64,000 bases of DNA, from contig JALVDI010000486.1 of NCBI GenBank assembly GCA_027009115.1, positions 3,057 through 67,056 on the forward strand. Reading direction: 5' to 3'. Position numbers and translations under genes: made by a program. Numbering within the stretch: position 1 is the stretch's first letter; every line of letters starts with the position of its first letter. A model generated the notes under the pieces. That model was not told the DNA's origin, searched no databases, and saw only the letters and a list, made by a program, of their open reading frames with translations. Positions 1 through 9,269 of the stretch are shown here, in pieces. Source of the DNA: Polyangiaceae bacterium. GTDB lineage: Bacteria > Myxococcota_A > Polyangia > Polyangiales > Houyiibacteriaceae.

Positions 1-640
1 TCCAGAGGTCGATGAGGAGCCGCTGCATCTCCTCTCGCGTCTGGGCGTCGAGCGCCCCGAAGGGCTCGTCCATCAGGAGGATGCGGGGACGGAGGACGAG
101 GGCCCGGGCGAGGGCGACCCGCTGGTTCTGGCCTCCGGAGAGCTGGGATGGCCGCAGCTCGGCTTTGTCGGCGAGCCCCACGGCTTCGAGCATCTCTTGC
201 ACCCGAGTCTCCTGCTCGGCTGGTGGCACCCGCGCTCGCCAGAGCTTCAGGCGGAAGGGGAACGCGACGTTCTCGTAGACGGTGAGATCGGGCCGGTTGG
301 CGTAGCGCTGAAACACCATGACCGCTTCGTCGTGAGGCCCGTTGCAGGGCACCCCTCCAATACGCACCTCGCCGCTCGTTGGCGACTTGACGCCGATGGG
401 GCGTACGCCACCAAGCAGCCGAAGGAGCGTCGACTTACCGCAGCCCGACGGCCCGAGCAGCATGTTGATCGTCGGTGCGTTCAGCTCCAAGTCGATGCCG
501 TCGAGGATGCGTTGCACCCCCTCGCCATCCGGGCGCGGGTACTCCTGCACGACTTGCGAGACAGTCACGTCGAGGAATGAAGCGGGCTCTTCGTTGGGCG
601 CGCGGTCGTTGGTCCTCTCTGCCTGCTGGGCCTCGCTCAT
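1..640 (-). CDS. ABC transporter ATP-binding protein (TauB/SsuB nitrate-sulfonate-taurine type); 3' end cut by window edge
   Basis: My reverse-strand translation from ATG 640-638 reads MSEAQQAERT.... It carries Walker A LLGPSGCGKSTLLRLLGG, the ABC signature LSGGQNQRVALARAL and Walker B ILLMDEPFGALD. The start overlaps the permease stop (TAATG). It is absent from the ORF track because no stop lies inside the window. Confidence 0.9.
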   Translation of the reverse strand, partial: MSEAQQAERTNDRAPNEEPASFLDVTVSQVVQEYPRPDGEGVQRILDGIDLELNAPTINMLLGPSGCGKSTLLRLLGGVRPIGVKSPTSGEVRIGGVPCNGPHDEAVMVFQRYANRPDLTVYENVAFPFRLKLWRARVPPAEQETRVQEMLEAVGLADKAELRPSQLSGGQNQRVALARALVLRPRILLMDEPFGALDAQTREEMQRLLIDLW

Positions 641-1431
641 TACTCGGACTCCCAAGGATAGAGGGCGCGCTTGAGGGCTCGCATCAGCGAGTAGGTCACC
701 AGCGCCAGGGCGATGATCACCCCGATGCCCACGAACACCTTGTCCATGGCGCTCTGCCGGCGCGCGATGCTGATGAGCTGTCCGAGCCCCCGGTCGGCGT
801 TGACGTATTCGGCGACCGTGATGTAGGTCCACATGACGCTTACTGCCACGATGATCGCGTCCATGATCCGCGGCTTGGCCATGGGGTAAACGGCGTGGCG
901 GACCGCCTCCCAGGGGGTCGCTCCCAGGTCTCGCGCGGCGATCCAGTGTTGTTGGCTGACCGCCTGCATGGCGTCACGCACCATCGGCACGAGGAAGACC
1001 ACCGCGCCGATGAAGAGGAAGACGATCTTCATGGTTTCGCCGATGCCGAGCCACATGACGAGGATCGGCAAGATGGCGACGACCGGCGCCGAGCGCAGCG
1101 GGTCCACAAGGGGCGAGAGGAAGGCGTTGATGCGAGGTTCGGCGCCCATGAGGATGCCCATCGGCACGCCGATCGCGACCACGAGCACGCTGGCCACGAA
1201 CACGCGTAGTAGCGACCAAGTCGTCGCCTGGAGCAAGAGGCTTTCGCCGCGTTCCGGGTCCCAAGCCAGGCGGGCGAAGGCGGCCCCGCATTGGACGATC
1301 GAGGGGAGCTTGCTCGGCGGAACCAGTGAGCCGGCGGTCAGCACCGTCCAGACACCGAGCACGAGGGCGACAGAAGCGAAGCCGTAGGCGCGCCGCTGTC
1401 TGGCGGGGAGCGGGTCGTAGGGGTTCCACAT
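640..1431 (-). CDS. ABC transporter permease (TauC/SsuC-like, binding-protein-dependent type)
   Basis: Lies in ORF 640..1731. The likely true start is M101 (MWNPYDPLPARQRR, ATG at 1431-1429), because the upstream part is Arg/Ser-rich and overlaps the neighbouring gene. It has multiple hydrophobic helices and an EAA-loop-like AARDLGATPWEAVRHAVYPMAKPRI. Confidence 0.85.
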   Translation of the reverse strand: MWNPYDPLPARQRRAYGFASVALVLGVWTVLTAGSLVPPSKLPSIVQCGAAFARLAWDPERGESLLLQATTWSLLRVFVASVLVVAIGVPMGILMGAEPRINAFLSPLVDPLRSAPVVAILPILVMWLGIGETMKIVFLFIGAVVFLVPMVRDAMQAVSQQHWIAARDLGATPWEAVRHAVYPMAKPRIMDAIIVAVSVMWTYITVAEYVNADRGLGQLISIARRQSAMDKVFVGIGVIIALALVTYSLMRALKRALYPWESE

Positions 1432-1450
1432 GCGGCGCGGACTTCCTGCG

Positions 1451-3139
1451 TCAGTCGTTCGAGGCGGCGTGGCGCTGGAGGATGGCGACGCGCGTCGCGC
1501 GGTTTCGTGCGCGGCAGTCGTCGAGGGACTCGCCTTCTTCGGGGGCGCTCTCATCGCAGAGGGGCTTGTCCGGCCCGTTGCCCACGATAATGAAGCGCTC
1601 CGGGCGGAACTCCCACTGGGTGACGAGATAATCGACGACGGCCTGCGCGCGCTCCCGAGAGAGCCGAAGGTTCGTCGCGCGGCGACCCGTCGAGTCGGTG
1701 TTGCCCGAGACCTCGAAGTACGCCGAGCCATGGCTCTCGATGAGCGGGACGATTTCGTTGTCGATGGTGCGCTGGGCGCGCCGCGTGAGATCCGCCGAAC
1801 CCGAGGCGAAGTTCACCATGACCGGCCGGGTGACGACAGGTACCTGCGTCTGCGCCTGGACGGCCTGAGCGACCTGATCTCGCTCCTGTGTGGAGAACTC
1901 GAACTGTGGCCTCTGCGCGACCTCGCGTGCTTGTGGGGCGGCCTCCATGAGGGCGCGGATGTACTTGTACTCGAAGGACTCCTGGGGCGGGATGACGGGG
2001 CTGTTGGGGTTCGCGAGGGCTCCTGCCTCACGGTAGATGCGGTCGAAGCGTCGATAGACTCGCTCGTAGTGGTTCGTTCCGCCGGCGAGCCCGAGGATGC
2101 GGAGGTTGTCTTCGAGCCCCGTCCACACCAGGTTAGAGAAGAGCCCTTTGACGAAGTCGCGGCCCTCGTCGCGGGCGAGTTGAGCGAAGAACTCTTCGGT
2201 CTGCACGAGGGCCTCGACGGCACCGTCGGGGTCGTTGCGGGCGGCGTCGACGCCCTCCATCCAGCTCTTGACGAAGGCTTGGATCGCCGGCTCGTTGGCC
2301 GGGTCGTCGAGCACGCGCTTGTCGCAGACGATCACGTCGTAGATCAGGTTCGTCGCCACCCGGGTGGAGTAGATCACGTGCGCGCCGGGGATGTTCTTGA
2401 GGGCGAGGGAGAGGTCGGGATCCCAGAGCACCGCAGCGTCGGCGCTTCCGGACTCGAGGGCCGCGCGGACGCCGGCCAGTCCTTCGTCGGGGTTGATGAA
2501 GACGTAGTTGATCCGCGACTTCTGGCGTGCCGTGAGTGACGAGTTCTCAATGGCGTCGATGGTCATGCCGTGGCTGGGCGTGAACTGCAGCAGTGCGACG
2601 CGCTTGCCTACCAGGTCCTCCACACGCCGGATGGATGGATCGCGGGCGATGATCGCGTCGGCTCCCTGGGTGTTGTCGACGACCATGATGGCGCGGCCGT
2701 CCAGCCCGTTGTTGCGAAGGTTGGGTTGCTCTTGCGCCCAGAAGTCGCTCGTGCGCCATGCGCAATGGGCAGCACCGGACTCGAAGATGGTCGCGAGCGT
2801 CGGGATGTCGTCCTGGATGACGAACTCCACGTTCACGCCGTTGCGGGCCATGATCGAGCCCGGCCGCGTCGTCAGTGATTTGCCGTTCGCGTAGAGGGCG
2901 GGCGCGTAGCCGTGAAAGCTGACGATGGAGACCTTCAGAGGGTTCGTAGGAGAGCCGACAGGGCCGCCGGCCTCGCCGGTTCCGGTGCTCGCGGTGCCTG
3001 CCTCGCCGCCATCGGCCCCTTCTCCCTCGCCGCCGAAGCGGTCCTTGAGGCCCAGGTGCCACGCGGCAGCGCCGGCTGCGGAGAGGATGATGAGGACGAT
3101 GAGTCCCTTTGCGACAGGAGTGAGGCGTGCCTTTGCCAT
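1451..3139 (-). CDS. Membrane-anchored NMT1/TauA-like substrate-binding protein fused to a C-terminal OmpA-like peptidoglycan-binding domain
   Basis: Lies in ORF 1451..3520. The likely start is MAKARLTPVAKGLIVLIILSAAGAAAW (ATG 3139-3137), which gives one TM helix. This is followed by a Gly/Glu linker and an SBP-like body (VALLQFTPSHGMTIDA, AAVLWDPDLSLAL). The C-terminus is OmpA/MotB-like (VNFASGSADL...VSGNTDSTGRRATNLRLSRERAQAVVDYL...NRATRVAIL). Confidence 0.75.
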   Translation of the reverse strand: MAKARLTPVAKGLIVLIILSAAGAAAWHLGLKDRFGGEGEGADGGEAGTASTGTGEAGGPVGSPTNPLKVSIVSFHGYAPALYANGKSLTTRPGSIMARNGVNVEFVIQDDIPTLATIFESGAAHCAWRTSDFWAQEQPNLRNNGLDGRAIMVVDNTQGADAIIARDPSIRRVEDLVGKRVALLQFTPSHGMTIDAIENSSLTARQKSRINYVFINPDEGLAGVRAALESGSADAAVLWDPDLSLALKNIPGAHVIYSTRVATNLIYDVIVCDKRVLDDPANEPAIQAFVKSWMEGVDAARNDPDGAVEALVQTEEFFAQLARDEGRDFVKGLFSNLVWTGLEDNLRILGLAGGTNHYERVYRRFDRIYREAGALANPNSPVIPPQESFEYKYIRALMEAAPQAREVAQRPQFEFSTQERDQVAQAVQAQTQVPVVTRPVMVNFASGSADLTRRAQRTIDNEIVPLIESHGSAYFEVSGNTDSTGRRATNLRLSRERAQAVVDYLVTQWEFRPERFIIVGNGPDKPLCDESAPEEGESLDDCRARNRATRVAILQRHAASND

Positions 3140-3191
3140 GGGGTCGGTCCTTGTCTGATGGGTCGTGTCGGGTGGAACGGTCGGCGACCGC

Positions 3192-3932
3192 TCACGGGGT
3201 GTCGCGTTCGAGCGCGAAAGTGGCGGGAAGCACGCGCAGGCGCTCGATCTCGGCCTTGATGCGCGCGATTTCACGCACCGTCGCCGCCTCCGCCGCTTCG
3301 ACCTTCCCGTCGATCTCGGCCTTCTGCGCGGCGATCTGGGCGGTCTCGAGCTGGAGCGTCTGCTCGAGCTCCAAGATCTTCTGGCGGATGGTCTCCGTCG
3401 CCTGCGCGAGGTAATCGTCGCGGGTCTGCTTCTCTTGTTCGGCCGTCTGGCGAATCTGGCCGAGCTGGTCTTGAATCTGGGCGGCCAGGTTCTCGAGCAC
3501 GGTGATCTTGCGCTGGGCATCGAGCACTGCGTCGGCGATGGTCCACTCGTCGTCGGCCGCGTCCATGGCGAGCACCGCCGCCTTGCGCGTTGCGGGGTCC
3601 ATCGCCCGCAGGCCGTCGAGCACGCGCAGCAGCTTTTCCGCCGAATAAGGCGCCTCGGGAACCTTCGCGGTGGCGTAGATCTCCTCGAACGGTCGGTCCT
3701 CGACGATGCCGGACGCGCTCGTGGAGGGGGCCGCAGGCGGCGCGGTCGGAGCGGTCGGGGGAGGCGAGGGGACCGACGCCGGAGGGCTCTGCTTCGCCTC
3801 CTCGGCGAGGATGCGGTCGATCTCGTCCAGGGACATCTCGTCGGCCGCCTCGCTCGCGACCTTTGCTTCCTCCTCTTCGGTGAGCTCGACGAGCTTCATC
3901 TTGGAGAGGGCCTTGAGAAATTTGTTCGCCAT
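3192..3932 (-). CDS. Hypothetical coiled-coil protein (acidic N-terminus, Pro-rich linker, long heptad-like C-terminal half)
   Basis: 246-aa ORF with high third-position GC, lying first in the ABC operon direction. The C-terminal half (QIQDQLGQIRQTAEQEKQTRDDYLAQATETIRQKILELEQTLQLETAQIAAQKAEIDGKVEAAEAA) looks coiled-coil. I recognise no enzymatic motif. Confidence 0.6.
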   Translation of the reverse strand: MANKFLKALSKMKLVELTEEEEAKVASEAADEMSLDEIDRILAEEAKQSPPASVPSPPPTAPTAPPAAPSTSASGIVEDRPFEEIYATAKVPEAPYSAEKLLRVLDGLRAMDPATRKAAVLAMDAADDEWTIADAVLDAQRKITVLENLAAQIQDQLGQIRQTAEQEKQTRDDYLAQATETIRQKILELEQTLQLETAQIAAQKAEIDGKVEAAEAATVREIARIKAEIERLRVLPATFALERDTP

Positions 3933-4191
3933 CGGCGTCGGCGAGCATCCCCCGCTTGACGCTGTCGATCAAGGCTGTCGGCGGGCTTGGCGGGGCCGGT
4001 GGGGCCTGCCCGGTGGCCGCGCGGTTCGTTCGTTGCTAGAGCGCATCTCAAACACGATCGTCGATCGATCCGTGGACTGGGCGGGACCGGTGGCGCATCC
4101 GAGAGGCGAGGGAATGTCGAGCATTCTTGAGCTGAGAGGATGGCGGCAGAGGGCGTACGCAGGCCGCGGAGCGGCGAGGAGGGGTTTTGAG

Positions 4192-4887
4192 ATGGGCTCT
4201 GGGGCACCAGCCGTGGACACGAAGGTCACCGACACCGAGGGACGCGACGAGCGCCGGACCTCCGACATCCCCCGGAGCCACAAGGCCCTCGCCCTGTGTC
4301 TGGCCGCGACGGCTGCGCTGACCGCCCTCGACCTCTGGAGCAAGAGCTGGGCTCTGGAGACCCTGAGCACCGAACGCATCGGTCAGGCGCCGCCAGTCTG
4401 CGAGGCCGACGAGCAGGGCTACACGACCATGCAGCGAGGGCGGGGAGAGCCCATCGTCCTGGCGCACGATTGGCTCGAGCTCCGCTACGCCGAGAACTGC
4501 GGCGCGGCCTTCGGGCTCCTGCGCAACGCCTCGGCGACCCTGCGGCACGCGGTCTTCGGATTGGCTGCCGTCGCCGCGAGCATCGCGCTGTTGGTGATGT
4601 TCGCGCGGGGGCGCGGGGGCCCAGCCTTCGCGGCCGCGGTCCCCTTCATCGTCTCCGGTGCCATCGGCAACCTCGTCGACCGTCTGCGCTACGGCTACGT
4701 GGTCGACTTCATCCGGGTCCACTGGGACCGCGAGATCCTATGGATGCGCGAGTGGCCAACCTTCAACGTGGCCGACATCACGATCACCATCGGTGTCCTC
4801 CTGCTCCTCATCGACGGATGGCACGAAGGTCGCCGCCAAAAGAAGGGCGAGGTCGCGGAGCCGGCGGCGCGCCCGTCGAAGAGCTAA
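4192..4887 (+). CDS. lspA: Lipoprotein signal peptidase (signal peptidase II)
   Basis: Motifs NCGAAFGLL, GAIGNLVDRLRYGYVVDFI and WPTFNVADITITIGVLLLL. The start is placed at ATG 4192, preceded by GAGGAGG; the ORF-track start at 3706 is an upstream extension. ATG 4114 is an alternative. Confidence 0.85.
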   Translation: MGSGAPAVDTKVTDTEGRDERRTSDIPRSHKALALCLAATAALTALDLWSKSWALETLSTERIGQAPPVCEADEQGYTTMQRGRGEPIVLAHDWLELRYAENCGAAFGLLRNASATLRHAVFGLAAVAASIALLVMFARGRGGPAFAAAVPFIVSGAIGNLVDRLRYGYVVDFIRVHWDREILWMREWPTFNVADITITIGVLLLLIDGWHEGRRQKKGEVAEPAARPSKS

Positions 4888-4915
4888 CGGCCCGCGCCCG
4901 CATCGACCGTGGTGG

Positions 4916-4949
4916 ATCGCGGTCGCCCTGCGTGGCGCAGGGCCGCGAT
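4916..4949. terminator. Strong hairpin between convergent lspA and lgt (candidate bidirectional terminator)
   Basis: ATCGCGG-tcg-CCCTGCG tgg CGCAGGG-CCGCGAT forms two 7-bp stem segments with a 3-nt bulge. There is no clear U-tract. Confidence 0.35.
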
Positions 4950-4997
4950 GAAGCCTTGAAGATTCTCGAGGTGCGATGCGCTGCGCATGGGGAGAGG

Positions 4998-5948
4998 CTA
5001 GCCCGTGTTGGCCAGGCGAAGTGCCCGGCGGCGTAGGCGGCTCCAGGCCACGGCGACGAGGGCCAGGAAGAACAGCCCGATCAGCTGAGAGGTCGACAGT
5101 CCCAGCAGCGCCCCCCGGTCGTCGTCCCGAAGGTACTCGAGGCCGAAGCGGAGGACCGCGTAGAGACCCAAGAAGGTCAGCATCACCTGACCGTCGAAGC
5201 GCTTGCGTGGTCGCACCAGGAGCATCCCGACCGCCGCGATCAGAAGGCAGCCGAAGGCTTCGTAAAGTTGCGTCGGATGAACCGGAAGCGAAGGCTCCGA
5301 GGGCCACGCGAGCAGGCCGCGTTTCCACTGGGACTCGCTCGCCGGGCTCCACGGCGGGAAGCGGACGGCGGCCCAGAAGCTCCCGTTGGTCGTCTTGCCA
5401 AAGCAGCAACCTCCGAGGAAGCAGCCCATGCGGCCGAAGAAGAGGCCGAGGGGGATCGTCAGGCCGACGAGGTCGACGCCCTTGAGGACCGGGAAGCCCT
5501 CCTTGCGGAGAAAATGGATGCCGTAGGTCCCGGCGGCGATGAGGCCGCCGTAGTAGGCGAGGCCGCCCCGCCAGAAGGCGGCCCAGGCGAGGCAGTCGCG
5601 GGCCCGCGGGCGACATACGCCCGCCGCCTCGTCCCAGAGACCTTGGATCTGTGCGCAACGTCCTTCGGTGACCTGCCAGGCGACGCGCTCGGGGGCTGTG
5701 CAGAGGTGGACGTAGTCCCAGAAATAGCCGTCGGCGAGGACGTGCAGCAGCCGTGCCCCGACGACGCCCCAGAGGAGCGCGAAGAGACCGAGGTCGATGA
5801 TGGTGTCCGCGTCGAGCTGCATGCGCTTGGCCTGCCGCGCCGCCAAGAAGATCGCGAGGCCGAAGCCGACCATGAGCATCGCGAAGTAGGCCGGGAGCGG
5901 CTGGCCGAAGAGCTCGAAGAGCGTCGGAAGCACACCCTGATCTACCAA
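4998..5948 (-). CDS. lgt: Prolipoprotein diacylglyceryl transferase
   Basis: 316 aa and polytopic. Motifs GGLAYYGGLIAAG, FGRMGCFLGGCCFGK, HPTQLYEAF and LRFGLEYLRDDDRG are typical of Lgt. Confidence 0.9.
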   Translation of the reverse strand: MVDQGVLPTLFELFGQPLPAYFAMLMVGFGLAIFLAARQAKRMQLDADTIIDLGLFALLWGVVGARLLHVLADGYFWDYVHLCTAPERVAWQVTEGRCAQIQGLWDEAAGVCRPRARDCLAWAAFWRGGLAYYGGLIAAGTYGIHFLRKEGFPVLKGVDLVGLTIPLGLFFGRMGCFLGGCCFGKTTNGSFWAAVRFPPWSPASESQWKRGLLAWPSEPSLPVHPTQLYEAFGCLLIAAVGMLLVRPRKRFDGQVMLTFLGLYAVLRFGLEYLRDDDRGALLGLSTSQLIGLFFLALVAVAWSRLRRRALRLANTG

Positions 5949-6015
5949 GCGGCCGTCGCCGCGTCACTCGATGGATCACCGCGAGCAGAGGAGAGCTCTC
6001 GGTGTTCGGGCGGGC

Positions 6016-9000
6016 TCAGGCCTCCTCGGGCCGGAGACTGAAGCGGAGGCCGTCGCCGGATACTTCGGCTTCGTGGAGCCGGCCCTCGCCGAGGCCGCGC
6101 TCGAAGCGGCTCGCGAGCGTCTCGGCGGCGATGGTTTCGGCGTGCGCAGCGATCGCCTCGGCCAGCTCACCGTCCGCCTCCCAGCCGACGTGCACCCGGG
6201 CGCCGATCGGGAGGTCCATCTCCTTGCGCGCCTTGTTGATGCGGTTGATGACCTCCCGTGCCAGCCCCGCGCGGTGCAGCGCGGGGGTGATCTGGGTATC
6301 GAGCACCACGACGTGGCCCTGCTCCTCGGCCGCGGCGAAGCCTGCCTTGGCGACGAGGCGCACCTGGATGTCGTCGGGGCCAAGCTCGAAGCGTTCGCCG
6401 CCGAGGGCGAGGACGACGCTCCCCTTGGTGCGCAGCTGGGCATAGAGCGCGGCCCCGTCGGCGGCGGCGAGGGCGGCCTTGCAGGCGGGCAGGTGCTTGC
6501 CGAGGCGCGGGCCGAGGGCGCGGAAGTTCGGCAAGAGCTGATAGTCGACGTAGGTCTCCAGCTCGTCGGTGAAGGCGATCTCCTCGACGTTGAGCTCGTC
6601 GCGGATGATCCGCTCGAAGCGCTGAATCGTCACGCGCTCCATCTCGTCGGCGACGGCCACGATAGCCTTGCTCAGGGGCTGGCGGACCTTGAGCTTGGTG
6701 TCTGCGCGCACCCGTAGACCCGCGGCGACGACGGCGCGGGAGAGCTGCACCGCTCGTCGCAGGGATTCGTCGACGCGCTCGACGCTCGGTTCGGCGAAGG
6801 CGGCGAGGTGTACCGAGCGCGGCGCCTTCGGGATGCGCGTGGCGACCAGGTTCTGGAAGATGGCTTCGCTCATGAAGGGGACGAAGGGCGCGATCAGCTT
6901 CGTCGTCTCGACGAGGACCTCGTAGAGCGTCGCGAACGCCGCGGCCTTGTCGGCGCTCTCGCCCTGGGCCCAGAAGCGGGGCTTGCTCCGGCGCACATAC
7001 CAGTTGCTGAGGGCGTCCACGAAGCCCTCGATGTGGCGGACGGCGAGGTGGCTCTTGTAGTCGTCGAGCTCTCGGCGCACGGAGCGGACCGTGTGGTCGA
7101 GCTCGGCCAATACCCAGCGATCCATGGGAGGCCGCCCGCCGACGGCCGGCCGCGGCGCGGTCGGATCCCAGCCGTCGATGTTGGCGAGCTGGACGAAGAA
7201 GGCGTAGCTGTTCCAGATCTTCAGAAGGAACTTGCTGATCGCCTCCTTCGTGGCGCGGTCGAAGAAGCGCGTGTTCTGACCGGGAACCGTCGCCGAATAG
7301 AGGGCCCAGCGCACCGCGTCCGCTCCCGCCGACTCCATGAGCTCGAGGGGGTCGGTGTAGTTCTTGAGCGACTTGCTCATCTTGCGGCCTTGCTCGTCCG
7401 TGAGCAGGCCCAGTACCACGCAGTTCTTGAAGGGGTGAGGATACTTCTCTTCGTCGAAGAGCAGCGTGCTGATCGTCATCAGCGAGTAGAACCAGCCGCG
7501 GGTCTGGTCGACGGCTTCGGTGATGAAATCCGCGGGGAACGCTTTGTGGAACTTCTTGCGCTGCTCCTTGACGTGCGGGTACCCCCACTGCGCGAAGGGC
7601 ATGCACCCGCTGTCGAACCAGCAATCGATCACCTCCGGAACCCGCCGGTAGACGCCCGGCTTGCCGCGCTCGGTCCAGGTGACGTGGTCGATCCATGGCT
7701 TGTGGACCATGAGGTGGTCGGCGAGGGAGCGGTCGCGGCGCTGCGCCTCGTAGAAATGGTCGAAGGCGCGCGGGTTCCTCTCGAGGATCTCCTCGACGGA
7801 TCCGACCGCGACGACGTCCCCGGTCTCGTCGTTGACCCAGATCGGCAACGGCGTGCCCCAGAAACGCTCGCGGCTGAGCGCCCAGTCCACGTTGCCCTCG
7901 AGGAATTGGCCGAAGCGGCCGCGCTTGATGTGCTCGGGCTCCCAGTGAACGTGTTCGTTGTTCTCTTGGACTCGGTGAATCTCCTGGGTCGTGCGGACGA
8001 ACCAACTCTCCCGCGCGTATTGGATGAGAGGGTCTTCCATGCGGCGCCACGAGAACGGGTAGTCGTGGCGGTAGACCTCCTCCTTGAAGAGCAGCCCGCG
8101 CGTCCGGAGGTTCCGGATGATGTCCCGGTCGGCGTCCTTGCAGAAGCGACCGGCGAAGTCCGTCACCTCCGGTGGGAAGGTCCCGTCGGGCCGCAGCAAC
8201 TGGAGCCACCCGAGCCCCTCGCTCTTGCAGGCCGCGAAGTCGTCCTCTCCGAACGCGGGGGCGAGGTGGACGAGCCCCGAGCCCGAGGCGAGCTCCACGA
8301 AGTCGGCCGCGATGACCCGATGCGCCGGGCCGCCCTCGGGCTCCACGTAGCGGAAGGGTGGTTCGTACTCGGTACCGACCCACTGCTGGCCCTTGCGGCG
8401 CTCCAGAATCTCGTGCGGGCGATCGCCCAAGAGGTTGGCGGCGCGCGCTTCGGCGAGAACGAGCTTGCGGCCGTCGTCCAGCCGCACGGTCAGGTAGTCG
8501 GCGTCCGCCTTCACCGCGAGGGCGATGTTGGACGGGAGGGTCCAGGGCGTCGTCGTCCAGGCCAAGAAGCTCGTGTCCGGCATGCCCTTGACGGGGAAAC
8601 GCACGGTGATCGAGGGGTCATCGACCTGCTTGTAGCCTTGGCCCACCTCGCCGGCGGAGAGCGCCGTGCCGCCCTGAGGCCACCACCACACGACCTTGTG
8701 CCCCTTGTAGAGGAGTCCCTTGTCGAAGAGCTTCTTGAGGGCCCACCAGACGCTCTCGACATAGCTCTTGTGGAAGGTGACGTAGGCGTCCTCCAGGTCC
8801 ACCCAGAAGCCGATGCGGCGGGTCATCACCTCCCACTCGTGGGTGTACTTGAAGACGCTTTCGATGCACTTCTTCGTGAACGGCTCGATCCCGAAGTCGG
8901 CGATCGCCTGGCGGCCGCTGATGCCGAGCTCCTTCTCGACCTCCACCTCGACCGGCAGGCCGTGGGTGTCCCAGCCGGCGCGCCGCGGCACGTGGAAGCC

Positions 9001-9225
9001 GCTCATGCTCTTGTAGCGCAGGAAGACATCCTTCATCACGCGGGTGAGGACGTGCCCCGCGTGCGGCATCCCATTCGCTGTCGGAGGCCCTTCGTAGAAG
9101 ACGAATGGGGGCTTCTTCTTGCTCTGCTCGAGGACCTTCGCGAAGATGCGCTCGTCGTCCCAGAACCTCTGGACCTCTTTGTCGAGCTGGGGGAAGGAGA
9201 CCTGCGGAGACACGGGGTCGAACAT
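6016..9225 (-). CDS. ileS: Isoleucyl-tRNA synthetase (long, type-2-like form)
   Basis: 1069 aa. It has a class I HIGH-region variant PPTANGMPHAGHVLTR, the KMSKS loop KMSKSLKN and WDTHGLPVE. Confidence 0.97.
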   Translation of the reverse strand: MFDPVSPQVSFPQLDKEVQRFWDDERIFAKVLEQSKKKPPFVFYEGPPTANGMPHAGHVLTRVMKDVFLRYKSMSGFHVPRRAGWDTHGLPVEVEVEKELGISGRQAIADFGIEPFTKKCIESVFKYTHEWEVMTRRIGFWVDLEDAYVTFHKSYVESVWWALKKLFDKGLLYKGHKVVWWWPQGGTALSAGEVGQGYKQVDDPSITVRFPVKGMPDTSFLAWTTTPWTLPSNIALAVKADADYLTVRLDDGRKLVLAEARAANLLGDRPHEILERRKGQQWVGTEYEPPFRYVEPEGGPAHRVIAADFVELASGSGLVHLAPAFGEDDFAACKSEGLGWLQLLRPDGTFPPEVTDFAGRFCKDADRDIIRNLRTRGLLFKEEVYRHDYPFSWRRMEDPLIQYARESWFVRTTQEIHRVQENNEHVHWEPEHIKRGRFGQFLEGNVDWALSRERFWGTPLPIWVNDETGDVVAVGSVEEILERNPRAFDHFYEAQRRDRSLADHLMVHKPWIDHVTWTERGKPGVYRRVPEVIDCWFDSGCMPFAQWGYPHVKEQRKKFHKAFPADFITEAVDQTRGWFYSLMTISTLLFDEEKYPHPFKNCVVLGLLTDEQGRKMSKSLKNYTDPLELMESAGADAVRWALYSATVPGQNTRFFDRATKEAISKFLLKIWNSYAFFVQLANIDGWDPTAPRPAVGGRPPMDRWVLAELDHTVRSVRRELDDYKSHLAVRHIEGFVDALSNWYVRRSKPRFWAQGESADKAAAFATLYEVLVETTKLIAPFVPFMSEAIFQNLVATRIPKAPRSVHLAAFAEPSVERVDESLRRAVQLSRAVVAAGLRVRADTKLKVRQPLSKAIVAVADEMERVTIQRFERIIRDELNVEEIAFTDELETYVDYQLLPNFRALGPRLGKHLPACKAALAAADGAALYAQLRTKGSVVLALGGERFELGPDDIQVRLVAKAGFAAAEEQGHVVVLDTQITPALHRAGLAREVINRINKARKEMDLPIGARVHVGWEADGELAEAIAAHAETIAAETLASRFERGLGEGRLHEAEVSGDGLRFSLRPEEA

Positions 9226-9246
9226 GGCCGCTGTCTACCATGGTCC

Positions 9247-9269
9247 GGTCGCGATCCAAGGGTCGCGAT
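9247..9269. promoter_or_regulatory. Two copies of GGTCGCGAT spaced 14 bp apart in the 84-bp ileS/folD divergent intergenic region (candidate operator)
   Basis: Exact 9-bp direct repeat at 9247-9255 and 9261-9269. Each copy contains the palindrome TCGCGA. Confidence 0.25.

Noticed and set aside
1451-3520. Long N-terminal extensions offered by the ORF track. Examples are 1451..3520, 640..1731, 3706..4887, 24845..26776, 33698..35341, 57999..59534, 59983..60591 and 61916..63127.
   Set aside because: The upstream parts overlap neighbouring genes, are Arg/Ser/Pro-rich, and precede internal starts. Those internal starts give canonical N-termini (signal peptides, the P-II MKK-type start, the sigma-factor start) with Shine-Dalgarno-like sequences.
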